Assembly: GCA_964424645.1 (NCBI GenBank) | Contig: CAYRJI010000001.1 | Span: 1 to 56,227 of the forward strand | Length of the DNA stretch: 56,227 nt | Direction: 5' to 3' | Source of the DNA: an uncultured Akkermansia sp. | Lineage (GTDB): Bacteria; Verrucomicrobiota; Verrucomicrobiia; Verrucomicrobiales; Akkermansiaceae | In this document: piece by piece, positions 1-7,775 of the stretch | How positions within the stretch are numbered: position 1 is the stretch's first letter | Layout of the letters: every line of letters starts with the position of its first letter | Program-made: the position numbers and the translations under genes | Notes under the pieces: generated by a model | The model's input: the letters and a program-made list of their open reading frames with translations, nothing else | What the model was told of the DNA's origin: nothing | The model's database searches: none

Positions 1-325
1 CAACTCCCGCAGAGGGTCTATTGGCATTCGGCGTCACCTGCACGCCGTGCGGGGCTACTCCCGCAGACGGTCTATTGGCATTCGGCGTCACCTGCACGCC
101 GCCGGGTGCCACTCCCGCAGAGGGTCTGTTGGCATTCGGGGTCACCTGCACGCCGTGCGGGGCTACTCCCGCAGACGGTCTGTTGACATTCGGCGTCACC
201 TGCACGCCGCTCGGGGCAACTCCCGCAGACGGTCTGTTGGCATTCGGCGTCACCTGCACGCCGTGCGGGGCTACTCCCGCAGACGGTCTATTGGCATTCG
301 GCGTCACCTGTACACCGTGCGGGGC
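1..325. repeat. 54-bp tandem repeat, at least 6 copies (18-aa coding unit)
   Basis: ggcattcggcgtcacctg recurs (with minor variation) at 23, 77, 131, 185, 239, 293. Confidence 0.95.
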
Positions 326-751
326 TGTCGGTGTGACTGCACTATTGCCGCGACCCGGACGACCACCCTGTCGGTGATGATTCACGGCACCCGGACCGGG
401 ACGACCTTGCGGCATGGGGCGGTGCATAGCACCCGGACCGGGGTGACCCGGCATGGGATGGTGCATGGCACCCGGTCCGGGGCGTCCCGGCATCGGCCGG
501 TGCATAGCACCCGGTCCGGGACGTCCCGGCATCGGCCGGTGCATAGCACCCGCTCCGGGGCGACCCGGCATAGGACGGTGCATAGCACCCGGAGCGGGAC
601 GACCCGGCATCGGACGGTGCATGCCACCCGGTCCGGGGCGTCCCTGATGCATCCCTTGGGGACCGTGACCCGGTCGATGGAACCTCGGACCCTGCGCCAT
701 CACGAGTGGCGCACACAACATCGCTGTCAGAGCAATAAGTTTTGTGTTCAT
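1..751 (-). CDS. Secreted Pro/Gly/His/Met-rich repeat protein (partial, runs off the left edge; absent from the ORF track)
   Basis: Manual translation from ATG 751: signal peptide MNTKLIALTAMLCAPLVMA-Q, then about 6x MHRPMPGRPGPGA and at least 6x APHGVQVTPNANRPSAGV; no stop before base 1; promoter TTGACA-17-TACCAT upstream. Confidence 0.85.
   Translation of the reverse strand, partial: MNTKLIALTAMLCAPLVMAQGPRFHRPGHGPQGMHQGRPGPGGMHRPMPGRPAPGAMHRPMPGRPGAGAMHRPMPGRPGPGAMHRPMPGRPGPGAMHHPMPGHPGPGAMHRPMPQGRPGPGAVNHHRQGGRPGRGNSAVTPTAPHGVQVTPNANRPSAGVAPHGVQVTPNANRPSAGVAPSGVQVTPNVNRPSAGVAPHGVQVTPNANRPSAGVAPGGVQVTPNANRPSAGVAPHGVQVTPNANRPSAGV
385..645. repeat. 39-bp tandem repeat, about 6 copies (13-aa coding unit)
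   Basis: gtgcat starts at 422, 461, 500, 539, 578, 617. Confidence 0.95.
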
Positions 752-784
752 GGCATAAAATGGGGTTAAAAGCTACCCAACGCA

Positions 785-813
785 ATGGTAATTGATTTCG
801 AATCAACTGTCAA
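785..813 (-). promoter_or_regulatory. Sigma70 promoter of the repeat-protein gene, with a palindrome in the spacer
   Basis: TTGACA(813-808)-17 bp-TACCAT(790-785); TTGATT-tcg-AATCAA at 792-806. Confidence 0.65.
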
Positions 814-874
814 ACTTTTTTTTGTTACCTCAGCAAAATTTTTTGAAATACACCATCCCCTCCTCCTTACCACA

Positions 875-995
875 TACCTCCCGCCACAGCTTTGCCACTT
901 CGTACTTCGTACTTCGTACTTGATCTCCCTCGCGTCTTCCTGCCTCAAAGTCACCACCCACCACGAAGCTCATATTTTTCTTGGGACGGCTGTGG
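875..995 (+). repeat. Dispersed heptamer element, copy 1 (3x CTTCGTA plus right end TTGGGACGGCTGTGG)
   Basis: Aligns by eye with the copies at 4342, 17270 and 23155. Confidence 0.9.
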
Positions 996-1023
996 TTGTT
1001 ATTATGAATGCGGAAATTTCGGC

Positions 1024-1052
1024 TTGACATTTGCTCGAGGGAAAGGTAGACT
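1024..1052 (+). promoter_or_regulatory. rpsB-tsf promoter
   Basis: TTGACA-17-TAGACT. Confidence 0.75.
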
Positions 1053-1165
1053 GGTGCGTCTCCCGGTTGCCGCGAGATGAACAACGAAAGGCGGGGGACA
1101 ACCTGTGCGGCACCTTTCACCCAATCGCTCCCCCTGGTTTAAGGAGGGGCACCCGATGAAAGAAT

Positions 1166-1855
1166 ATGATCAACGAACTCATTACTGAGATGGTAGACGC
1201 CGGAGTACACTTCGGGCATCAGACCCGCAAGTGGCATCCGAACATGAAAAAGTATATACTCACGCAGAAAAACGGGATTCACCTGATCAACTTGGAGGAG
1301 ACGGAGAAATGTCTCGACCGAGCGGGAAAATTCCTCGGTGATTTGGCTGCGAAGAACAAGAAAATCCTCTTTGTAGGGTGTAAACGCCAAGCGCAGGAGG
1401 CAGTCAAAGAGGCGGCTGAAGCCACCGAACAATTCTACGTGAACTTCCGCTGGCTCGGAGGCATGCTCACCAACATGTCGACCATCAAAAAGAGTATAGC
1501 CCGCTTGGAGTACCTCGAAAATCTCGCCAACCTCCCGGAGTACAAAAGCATGTCCAAGAAAGAATTGGCGGCCCTATCCCGGGAAAGGGAAAAACTCTTG
1601 CGTAACCTGCAGGGGATTCGTAAAATGGGCGGTGCCCCGGATGTCCTCGTAGCGATAGGTGCTGATCATGAGTATATAGCCATACGTGAAGCCCACATCC
1701 TCGGCATACCGACGGTCGTGCTCACTGATACCAACGCCGACCCCGACAGCGTCGATTACCCGATACCGGGGAATGACGACGCCGTACGTTCCGTCCGCAT
1801 CATTCTGAGCAAGTTGGTGGAAGCCATCAACCGGTCTCGTCCTACAAAAGCCTAA
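1166..1855 (+). CDS. rpsB: 30S ribosomal protein S2
   Basis: AGVHFGHQTRKWHP, RWLGGMLTN, PIPGNDDA motifs; upstream of tsf. Confidence 0.99.
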   Translation: MINELITEMVDAGVHFGHQTRKWHPNMKKYILTQKNGIHLINLEETEKCLDRAGKFLGDLAAKNKKILFVGCKRQAQEAVKEAAEATEQFYVNFRWLGGMLTNMSTIKKSIARLEYLENLANLPEYKSMSKKELAALSREREKLLRNLQGIRKMGGAPDVLVAIGADHEYIAIREAHILGIPTVVLTDTNADPDSVDYPIPGNDDAVRSVRIILSKLVEAINRSRPTKA

Positions 1856-1868
1856 CCCCTATTCTACT

Positions 1869-2735
1869 ATGGCAGAAATAACCGCACAACTCGTCAAAGA
1901 GCTGAGGCTCAAGACTGACGCAGGTATGATGGACTGCAAGAACGCCCTCGTTGCCTGCAACGGTGATATGGAAGAAGCAGTGAAATACCTACGCGAAAAG
2001 GGCATTGCAAAGGCGGCAAAGAAAGCCGACCGAGAAGCGAAAGAAGGTGTCGTTGCGACCGTCGTGGAGGGTAATGACGGCATCATCTACGAAATCAACT
2101 GTGAAACTGACTTTTGCTCCAAGGGGGATAAGTTCAAGACCCTTGTGGCGCAGGTCGGCGAGGTGCTCAAGGCATCAACTGCGTCCTCGACGGAGGAGGC
2201 TCTGGCGGTTCCCATGGGGGATTCCACAGTGGAAACCTGCATAGCGGAGCAGTGTGCTGCGATCGGCGAAAATATGAGACTGCGCCGTTTTGCGCGCTTC
2301 GCCCCCACCGGTGTGGGTCGCATCAGCTCGTATATCCACATGGGCGGAAAAGTGGGTGTGCTGCTCCTCGTGAGCTGCACCAAGAAGGAAACGCTTGAGA
2401 ACCAACAGTTTGTAACGCTCTGCAAGGACCTTACCCTGCACATCGCGGCATGTGCTCCCAAGAGCGTTGACTCCTCCTCGCTCGACCCGGCATTTGTGGC
2501 GGAAGAGCAGGAAATCGCAAAGGCTCAACTCCTCGCGGAGGGCAAACCGGAGGCTCTGCTCGCAAAGATTTTGCCCGGGAAGCTCAGGGCTCTCTACAAG
2601 CAGAGCTGTCTGCTCAACCAAGAGTTCGTGAAAGACCCCTCCGTTACTGTGGAGAAACTCGTGGATGAGACGGGAAAGGCTGTCGGAGATACCCTGAAGG
2701 TGGAAGCCTTCCGGCGTTTCCAACTGGGAGCGTAA
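1869..2735 (+). CDS. tsf: Translation elongation factor Ts
   Basis: ITAQLVKELR..AGMMDCK, EINCETDF, GENM.LRRF. Confidence 0.99.
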   Translation: MAEITAQLVKELRLKTDAGMMDCKNALVACNGDMEEAVKYLREKGIAKAAKKADREAKEGVVATVVEGNDGIIYEINCETDFCSKGDKFKTLVAQVGEVLKASTASSTEEALAVPMGDSTVETCIAEQCAAIGENMRLRRFARFAPTGVGRISSYIHMGGKVGVLLLVSCTKKETLENQQFVTLCKDLTLHIAACAPKSVDSSSLDPAFVAEEQEIAKAQLLAEGKPEALLAKILPGKLRALYKQSCLLNQEFVKDPSVTVEKLVDETGKAVGDTLKVEAFRRFQLGA

Positions 2736-2784
2736 GCGCACGAAGTTAGGGCTGTTTGAGAGGGTGAGGATGCGCCTGTCTTGC

Positions 2785-3237
2785 TTAGTTTGCGGGTGCA
2801 CTTCCGTAGCGCATGACGAGCGGTTCCTGCACGGCGAACAGCTCAGCTCGCTGTTCCGGGGTAGAGTCTAGGTAGCCGTGGAGGTGCGTGAGCCCGTGAA
2901 CGATGTAACGGAAGAGCTCTTGAAGCGGCGGGATGGCATGCTCCGAAGCGTAGCGGGCGGCGGTATCGCAACTCACCAGTATCTCCCCGTACGGAAACGT
3001 GATCACATCCGTCGGAGTGGGGTCTCGGAGGAACTCCGCATGAACGCGGGCGATGGTCGCGTCATCCACGAGGGATATCTCCACCTCTGACAACTCACTG
3101 AGCACATGCTCCGGACCGGGGGGAAGTGCTAGGAGCTCCGCCGCAAGCTCGGGCAAACATCGCTCACACCATTCCGCCCACCCCACGGGCACCCAATCCG
3201 GCTGCGTATGTGCGTAAACGCGAAATCTTAGCTCCAT
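2785..3237 (-). CDS. ybeY: rRNA maturation endoribonuclease YbeY
   Basis: PTDVITF and HGLTHLHGYLD (HxxxHxxG) motifs. Confidence 0.9.
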   Translation of the reverse strand: MELRFRVYAHTQPDWVPVGWAEWCERCLPELAAELLALPPGPEHVLSELSEVEISLVDDATIARVHAEFLRDPTPTDVITFPYGEILVSCDTAARYASEHAIPPLQELFRYIVHGLTHLHGYLDSTPEQRAELFAVQEPLVMRYGSAPAN

Positions 3238-3255
3238 ATCGCCCGTAATTATCCC

Positions 3256-3747
3256 TCATTCAACGCGGGAACTATCGGCATCCTGCCGCACCTGCTCCCT
3301 GGCCCTGCGAAAAAATCCCTGAAATTGCTCCCGGCAGGCGTCCTCGAGCACCCCACCCTGCACTAGGCACCGGTGATTGAGCGGTGGATTGCTGTCCAAC
3401 AAATTGATCCACCCCCCGCACGCGCCCCCCTTCGGATCGGGCATTCCGAACACCACCCGCGCGGGGCGGCAGTGCACCAGCGCACCCGCACACATCGGGC
3501 AAGGTTCCTTCGTGACGTATACCGTGCACCCATCCAGCCTCCAATCCCCCACGGCGGCGGCGGCGGCGGTAAGTGCAATCATCTCCGCGTGCGCTGTGGC
3601 ATCCTTCAGCGTTTCTACTTGGTTCCTGCCACGCGCAATGACCCTGCCCTCTTTCACTACCACACACCCGCAGGGCACCTCCCCATCCTGCTCAGCTTTC
3701 TCGGCTTCGCGGAGGGCTTGCCGCATGAACAGCTCATCCTCCAACAC
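3256..3747 (-). CDS. tadA: tRNA adenosine(34) deaminase (start uncertain, 3726-3747)
   Basis: FMRQAL.EA, GEVP, HAE, EPCPMC; the longer ORF-track N-terminus overlaps the upstream gene. Confidence 0.92.
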   Translation of the reverse strand: MLEDELFMRQALREAEKAEQDGEVPCGCVVVKEGRVIARGRNQVETLKDATAHAEMIALTAAAAAVGDWRLDGCTVYVTKEPCPMCAGALVHCRPARVVFGMPDPKGGACGGWINLLDSNPPLNHRCLVQGGVLEDACREQFQGFFRRAREQVRQDADSSRVE

Positions 3748-3770
3748 CCCGGCGGGGGTGAGCCCGGCAG

Positions 3771-4268
3771 TCAGCGCAGCGTGATGCGCGGGTCCGTATC
3801 CAGCACCTCCTGCAGCTCCTTCCATCCTTCGGGGGTCTGATTCTGAAACATCTGCAAGTAGAGCGAGACCGTGCCCGGCGAATACTTGGCAAACAGGGCG
3901 TCCACTCCGGCTTTCAGTTTTTCGGGGTCCAGTGTATCCGGAAGCACATCCACCACTCCTTGTCCATTGTGTGCAATGCCCAATGTATCCAAGAACAACA
4001 CCAGCATATTCGTGTGCTTGCGCACCAGCCATACCTGCAAAAGGTGGTCGCCTATCGTCTCGGCGGGCTTCCATGCCAACATCTTCTTGAGCCATGCGAA
4101 TTGCTCCGCTACGGGCTTCTGCCGCACGTAAATCGGACGCAATTTCTTAAGTGCGGACAATTCGTTCAGGGCGGCGCGGTACACATTGCGCTCCTGATTG
4201 CGCATCCACTCCAAAAAGATGTTCAGGGTCTCTTCGTCGATCTTCTCAAAGATTGTATATGATTTCAT
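3771..4268 (-). CDS. Hypothetical protein
   Basis: Protein-like composition; own promoter TTGCAT-17-TATACA; heads the tadA-ybeY run. Confidence 0.8.
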   Translation of the reverse strand: MKSYTIFEKIDEETLNIFLEWMRNQERNVYRAALNELSALKKLRPIYVRQKPVAEQFAWLKKMLAWKPAETIGDHLLQVWLVRKHTNMLVLFLDTLGIAHNGQGVVDVLPDTLDPEKLKAGVDALFAKYSPGTVSLYLQMFQNQTPEGWKELQEVLDTDPRITLR

Positions 4269-4341
4269 GGTGGAAACGCCGGTTGTATACCATAAAAACA
4301 CCATTCATGCAAGCATAATCCAAACCAAATCTGCCCCAAGA

Positions 4342-4753
4342 CACAGCCGTCCCAAGAAAAATACGAGCTTCGTGGTGAGCGATGGCTTTGCGGCGGGAAG
4401 ACACGGGGGTGATCAAGTACGAGGTACGAAGTACGAAGTGGCAAAGCTGTGGCGGGAGGTGCGGGGTAGTGACTGGGGAATGTGTGCGGCGATAGTGTGT
4501 GTGGGAGTCGGGTGGAGGCAAAGCCGAAGCGAAGCGAAGGGAATAAATCCATGCATCCGTGAGGTTGGTACACACGTGGCAGGCGGATACGTGAAGAGAT
4601 ACTCGCGGGGAACCACTGTTCATCACAAATGACACGTTCGGTTACAGCCGTGATGATTCAACACTTCTCATCACACACGTTCTCCCTGAACACCACTGCT
4701 GCCTCCCGCACCCGTCACTCCACAGCTTTGCCACTTCGTACTTCGTGTTCGTA
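4342..4753. repeat. Dispersed heptamer element, copy 2: minus module (4342-~4610) plus inverted plus module (4702-4753)
   Basis: tacgaagtacgaagtggcaaagctgtgg and ccacagctttgccacttcgtacttcgt form an inverted pair. Confidence 0.9.
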
Positions 4754-7510
4754 CAGTGTGAAAAGGTGGGAGACGCGGGCAGCTTCGTCCGCAAATTTTC
4801 GCCCATACGCAGCGTCGACGGCGGCATCGAGGGCTTTGTGTACACGGCGGAGCTCGGGGGGCATGAGCAGCGGGTCGTAGAGGTCAGCGAGGGTGCTGTT
4901 GGGGTATTTTGCCCGGGTATCGAGCACGGCTTGCGCACGGGCTTCAATTTGCGATCGGCGGGCGGCGGTGGGACACGGCCAAGGGAAGGTGTTATAGACC
5001 ATTCCACCCGAGTATTGGTAACCTATTCCGAGGCGACCGGCAACAGTGCGCATCCATGCTGTATGCATAGCGGAGGAGAGCACTCCGAAGTGGTAAGCGG
5101 TAGCACCGGGAAGGATGAGAAGTTTATTGCTCACGATGGTGTTATTATCGAGAAATGCCATAGGGACATATTCTCTTCTCGATGTCGACACCTCGGGAAT
5201 AGCGATGAAAGAGTCCGGGTTTTTGGTTTCGCGAAAGAGAGCCGGAGTGTCAGCGAGCCTGTGCCTACCGGGATCAGGCGATGCTAGGCGAGCGGCTTTG
5301 CATGCGGCGACGCGTGCCATGACAAGGGGCATGGAACGAAGGACATCGGGCGGAACATCCACGAGCCAGAGACAGTAACGGGCTTTGCCTTGAATGAACT
5401 CCTCGGCTCCCATGAAGCGTTTAATGTAATTTTTTGCCTGCGGTTCACGGGCGATGAAGTTATCGTAATCTTCGGCTTCAATGATGAGATGCCCTCCGTC
5501 TGCGGGACGATTACCCGTGGTCATGACCGGAACTTCACAGAGCGGGCGGGTGCGATGTTCCACGAATACGCTCGGGGCATCGAGGAGATAATTGTTCACT
5601 TGCGAAGCGGGATGGTCTGTGCCGGTCTCGTCGAAAATGGTGCAGTGGGCGGGTTTTTGAGCGGAGAGAGCGACGATGACGCAGTACACCTCCGCAACAT
5701 CATCAGCTTCGTTGGTCCACTTGAAGGAGCGGTAGGCAAAGAGGATGTGGGCACCGAGGTCGGTCATGAGTGGTTTCCAGAGGGAGGAAGCTTGCTCGCC
5801 CTGCACGATGGAGTTGGTGGCAACGAACGCCGCGCGGGTGGCGGGGTCTGCCCGCATGAGCTGTGCCGCCCTGTAGAACCACGCCCCAACGTAGTCGATT
5901 TTGCCCCATGCGCGGAGGTGCCCAAGCGTGCGATTCATGTCATCCCTCTGCTCCGGGGTCTTATGAGAGTACCCCACAAACGGCGGGTTGCTGATGATGT
6001 AGTCGATGTGGTGCCCCGGCACATTCTCCGTCCAATCCACGGCGAGGGCGTTGGCTTCGCGGATGTTGTCGTAGCTTTCGAGGGGTAGGAAGTCGGGCAA
6101 TCCTTTTGTGGTGAACTCCTGTGTCTTCTTCCACATCTGCGCGGCGGCAATCCGGAGGGCGGTCTTTGCCACTGCCACGGCGAAGTCATTGATTTCGATG
6201 CCGTAGAATTGGTTGATGGAGACGAGGGTGCCGAGGTCGAGGGAACCTTGACCGTCGGCGAGGTTTTGCAGGGCTTCGTTTTCGAGACGGCGCAACGAAA
6301 TGAATGTTTCGGTGAGGAAGTTGCCGGAGCCGCACGCGGGGTCGAGGAAGGTGAGGGAGGCAAGTTTCTTGCAAAATGCTTTCAGTTTCTTCGCACGGGC
6401 GGTGCCGGATTTCTCCTTTTTCTCCAAAATGGCGGCGAGCTCGGCTTTGAGGGAGTTCAAGAACAGCGGGTCGATGACCTTGTGGATACTTTCCACAGAG
6501 GTGTAGTGCATCCCTCCCATGCGGCGGGTCTTCGGGTTGATCGTGCTTTCAAAGAGCCCACCGAAGATGGTCGGCGAGATGTCTGCCCAGTTGAATCCCG
6601 CAGCAGCTTCGTTCTCAATGAGCGCACAGAGCTCAGCATCAAACATCGGCATGTAATCCTTCTCCACCCCCTCGAAGAGCCCCCCGTTCACGTGCGGAAA
6701 AGCGCGAAGTGCGGCATCGAAAGGGTCTCGCTGCACCGGCGGCACATTGAGAGCACGAAAAAGGGTGAGAAGAAGAGAACGCTTGCCGTCCGGCGTGCTT
6801 GCGCGGCGCAGGTAGTCTACAAACTGCCCCTTGGCGAAGAGTCCCGCATCATCGGCATACAGGCAAAAGACGAGCCTCACGCAGAAACGATTGAGCATCT
6901 GCAAGACGGAGTCGCTGAGCGGCTCCGGGCAGCGGGCAAGCAGGGCGTTGTAAATGCGGGAAATAAGCTCCCCCGCCTGAATAGAAAGCTGCTTCTCCTT
7001 CTCGATGCGCGCGGTCTCAGAAATCTCCCCGGCAAGGATACGGCGCAAGAGGTGGACTTGCCCGGGCAGCTCCTGTAGCGGAATGATCACGGGTTGCCTG
7101 GTCCGTGCAGAGGTGTTCCTGTCATAAATGCGCAGCTCGCGGAAGTTGCATGTGATAATCCAACGTGGATTACGATCGTGGGGAAGTTTGGTCGCGTAAC
7201 GCTCTGCCTGCTCGTAGGGCGTAAGTACTTCGCCGTCGGATTGAGGGGCAGAGGCGGCGAGATCGACGTCCGCGCTTTTTTGTTCAATGAGCACGAGCGA
7301 TGCAGGTAGGTAGGCATCAATGTAGCGTGTGGATTTGTCGAATTCAACGGGGTATTCGAACTCAACAACTTCGGTCGGTCGCTCGATGCCGAGGACGTCG
7401 TGCAAAAACTCTGTCCAGAAAATGGCAGTGTGCTGTTTTTCATTGCCGGGTTCACAGAGCCACTTGTCGGCGAAAGCGGCTACTGCGGAGTTGGAGGACA
7501 GAGGTGCCAC
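4715..7510 (-). CDS. MmeI-family type IIL restriction-modification enzyme (fused nuclease, m6A methyltransferase, TRD)
   Basis: YIDAY..LIEQKS (PD-ExK), IFGGLFES, GMHYT, FLDPACGSGNFL, NPPF, C-terminal VYNTFPWP and TLADLYDP..MP. Confidence 0.92.
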   Translation of the reverse strand: MAPLSSNSAVAAFADKWLCEPGNEKQHTAIFWTEFLHDVLGIERPTEVVEFEYPVEFDKSTRYIDAYLPASLVLIEQKSADVDLAASAPQSDGEVLTPYEQAERYATKLPHDRNPRWIITCNFRELRIYDRNTSARTRQPVIIPLQELPGQVHLLRRILAGEISETARIEKEKQLSIQAGELISRIYNALLARCPEPLSDSVLQMLNRFCVRLVFCLYADDAGLFAKGQFVDYLRRASTPDGKRSLLLTLFRALNVPPVQRDPFDAALRAFPHVNGGLFEGVEKDYMPMFDAELCALIENEAAAGFNWADISPTIFGGLFESTINPKTRRMGGMHYTSVESIHKVIDPLFLNSLKAELAAILEKKEKSGTARAKKLKAFCKKLASLTFLDPACGSGNFLTETFISLRRLENEALQNLADGQGSLDLGTLVSINQFYGIEINDFAVAVAKTALRIAAAQMWKKTQEFTTKGLPDFLPLESYDNIREANALAVDWTENVPGHHIDYIISNPPFVGYSHKTPEQRDDMNRTLGHLRAWGKIDYVGAWFYRAAQLMRADPATRAAFVATNSIVQGEQASSLWKPLMTDLGAHILFAYRSFKWTNEADDVAEVYCVIVALSAQKPAHCTIFDETGTDHPASQVNNYLLDAPSVFVEHRTRPLCEVPVMTTGNRPADGGHLIIEAEDYDNFIAREPQAKNYIKRFMGAEEFIQGKARYCLWLVDVPPDVLRSMPLVMARVAACKAARLASPDPGRHRLADTPALFRETKNPDSFIAIPEVSTSRREYVPMAFLDNNTIVSNKLLILPGATAYHFGVLSSAMHTAWMRTVAGRLGIGYQYSGGMVYNTFPWPCPTAARRSQIEARAQAVLDTRAKYPNSTLADLYDPLLMPPELRRVHKALDAAVDAAYGRKFADEAARVSHLFTLYEHEVRSGKAVE

Positions 7511-7519
7511 GCTGCAAAG

Positions 7520-7548
7520 AGTGTAGCATATCGCAGAAAAAAATGCAA
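7520..7548 (-). promoter_or_regulatory. Promoter of the MmeI-like gene
   Basis: TTGCAT-17-(TGc)TACACT, 9 nt before GTG. Confidence 0.6.
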
Positions 7549-7571
7549 AACCAAATCTGCCCCCCGACTAA

Positions 7572-7690
7572 ACCTGTCCCAAATGGATTAAAGACCTAGC
7601 GGTGGGCGGTGACCTCGAGGCGGGAAGACACGGGGGCGATCAAGTACGAGGTACGAAGTACGAAGTGAAGGAGTTAGGTGCAACGGAGTT
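7572..7690 (-). repeat. Dispersed heptamer element, copy 3
   Basis: acctgtcccaaat end, gatcaag plus 3 heptamers, gcaacggagtt hairpin arm. Confidence 0.9.
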
Positions 7691-7775
7691 AGATGGAAGC
7701 AAAGTGGAAACAATGCGTTGAGACCGAATGCCCGGCGCGTGTGCTCGCCGCAAGTACGGAGAATAACGTGGAGGC

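Noticed and set aside
1-645. Tandem repeats as a CRISPR array
   Set aside because: No unique spacers, unit lengths are multiples of 3 inside a CDS, and no cas genes.
21-806. ORF-track calls 21..377, 47..769, 342..806
   Set aside because: Shadow frames of the repeat gene; the minus frame from 751 has the signal peptide and promoter.
3748-4095. Long N-terminal extension of TadA
   Set aside because: Overlaps the upstream gene in another frame; the TadA domain starts near 3747.
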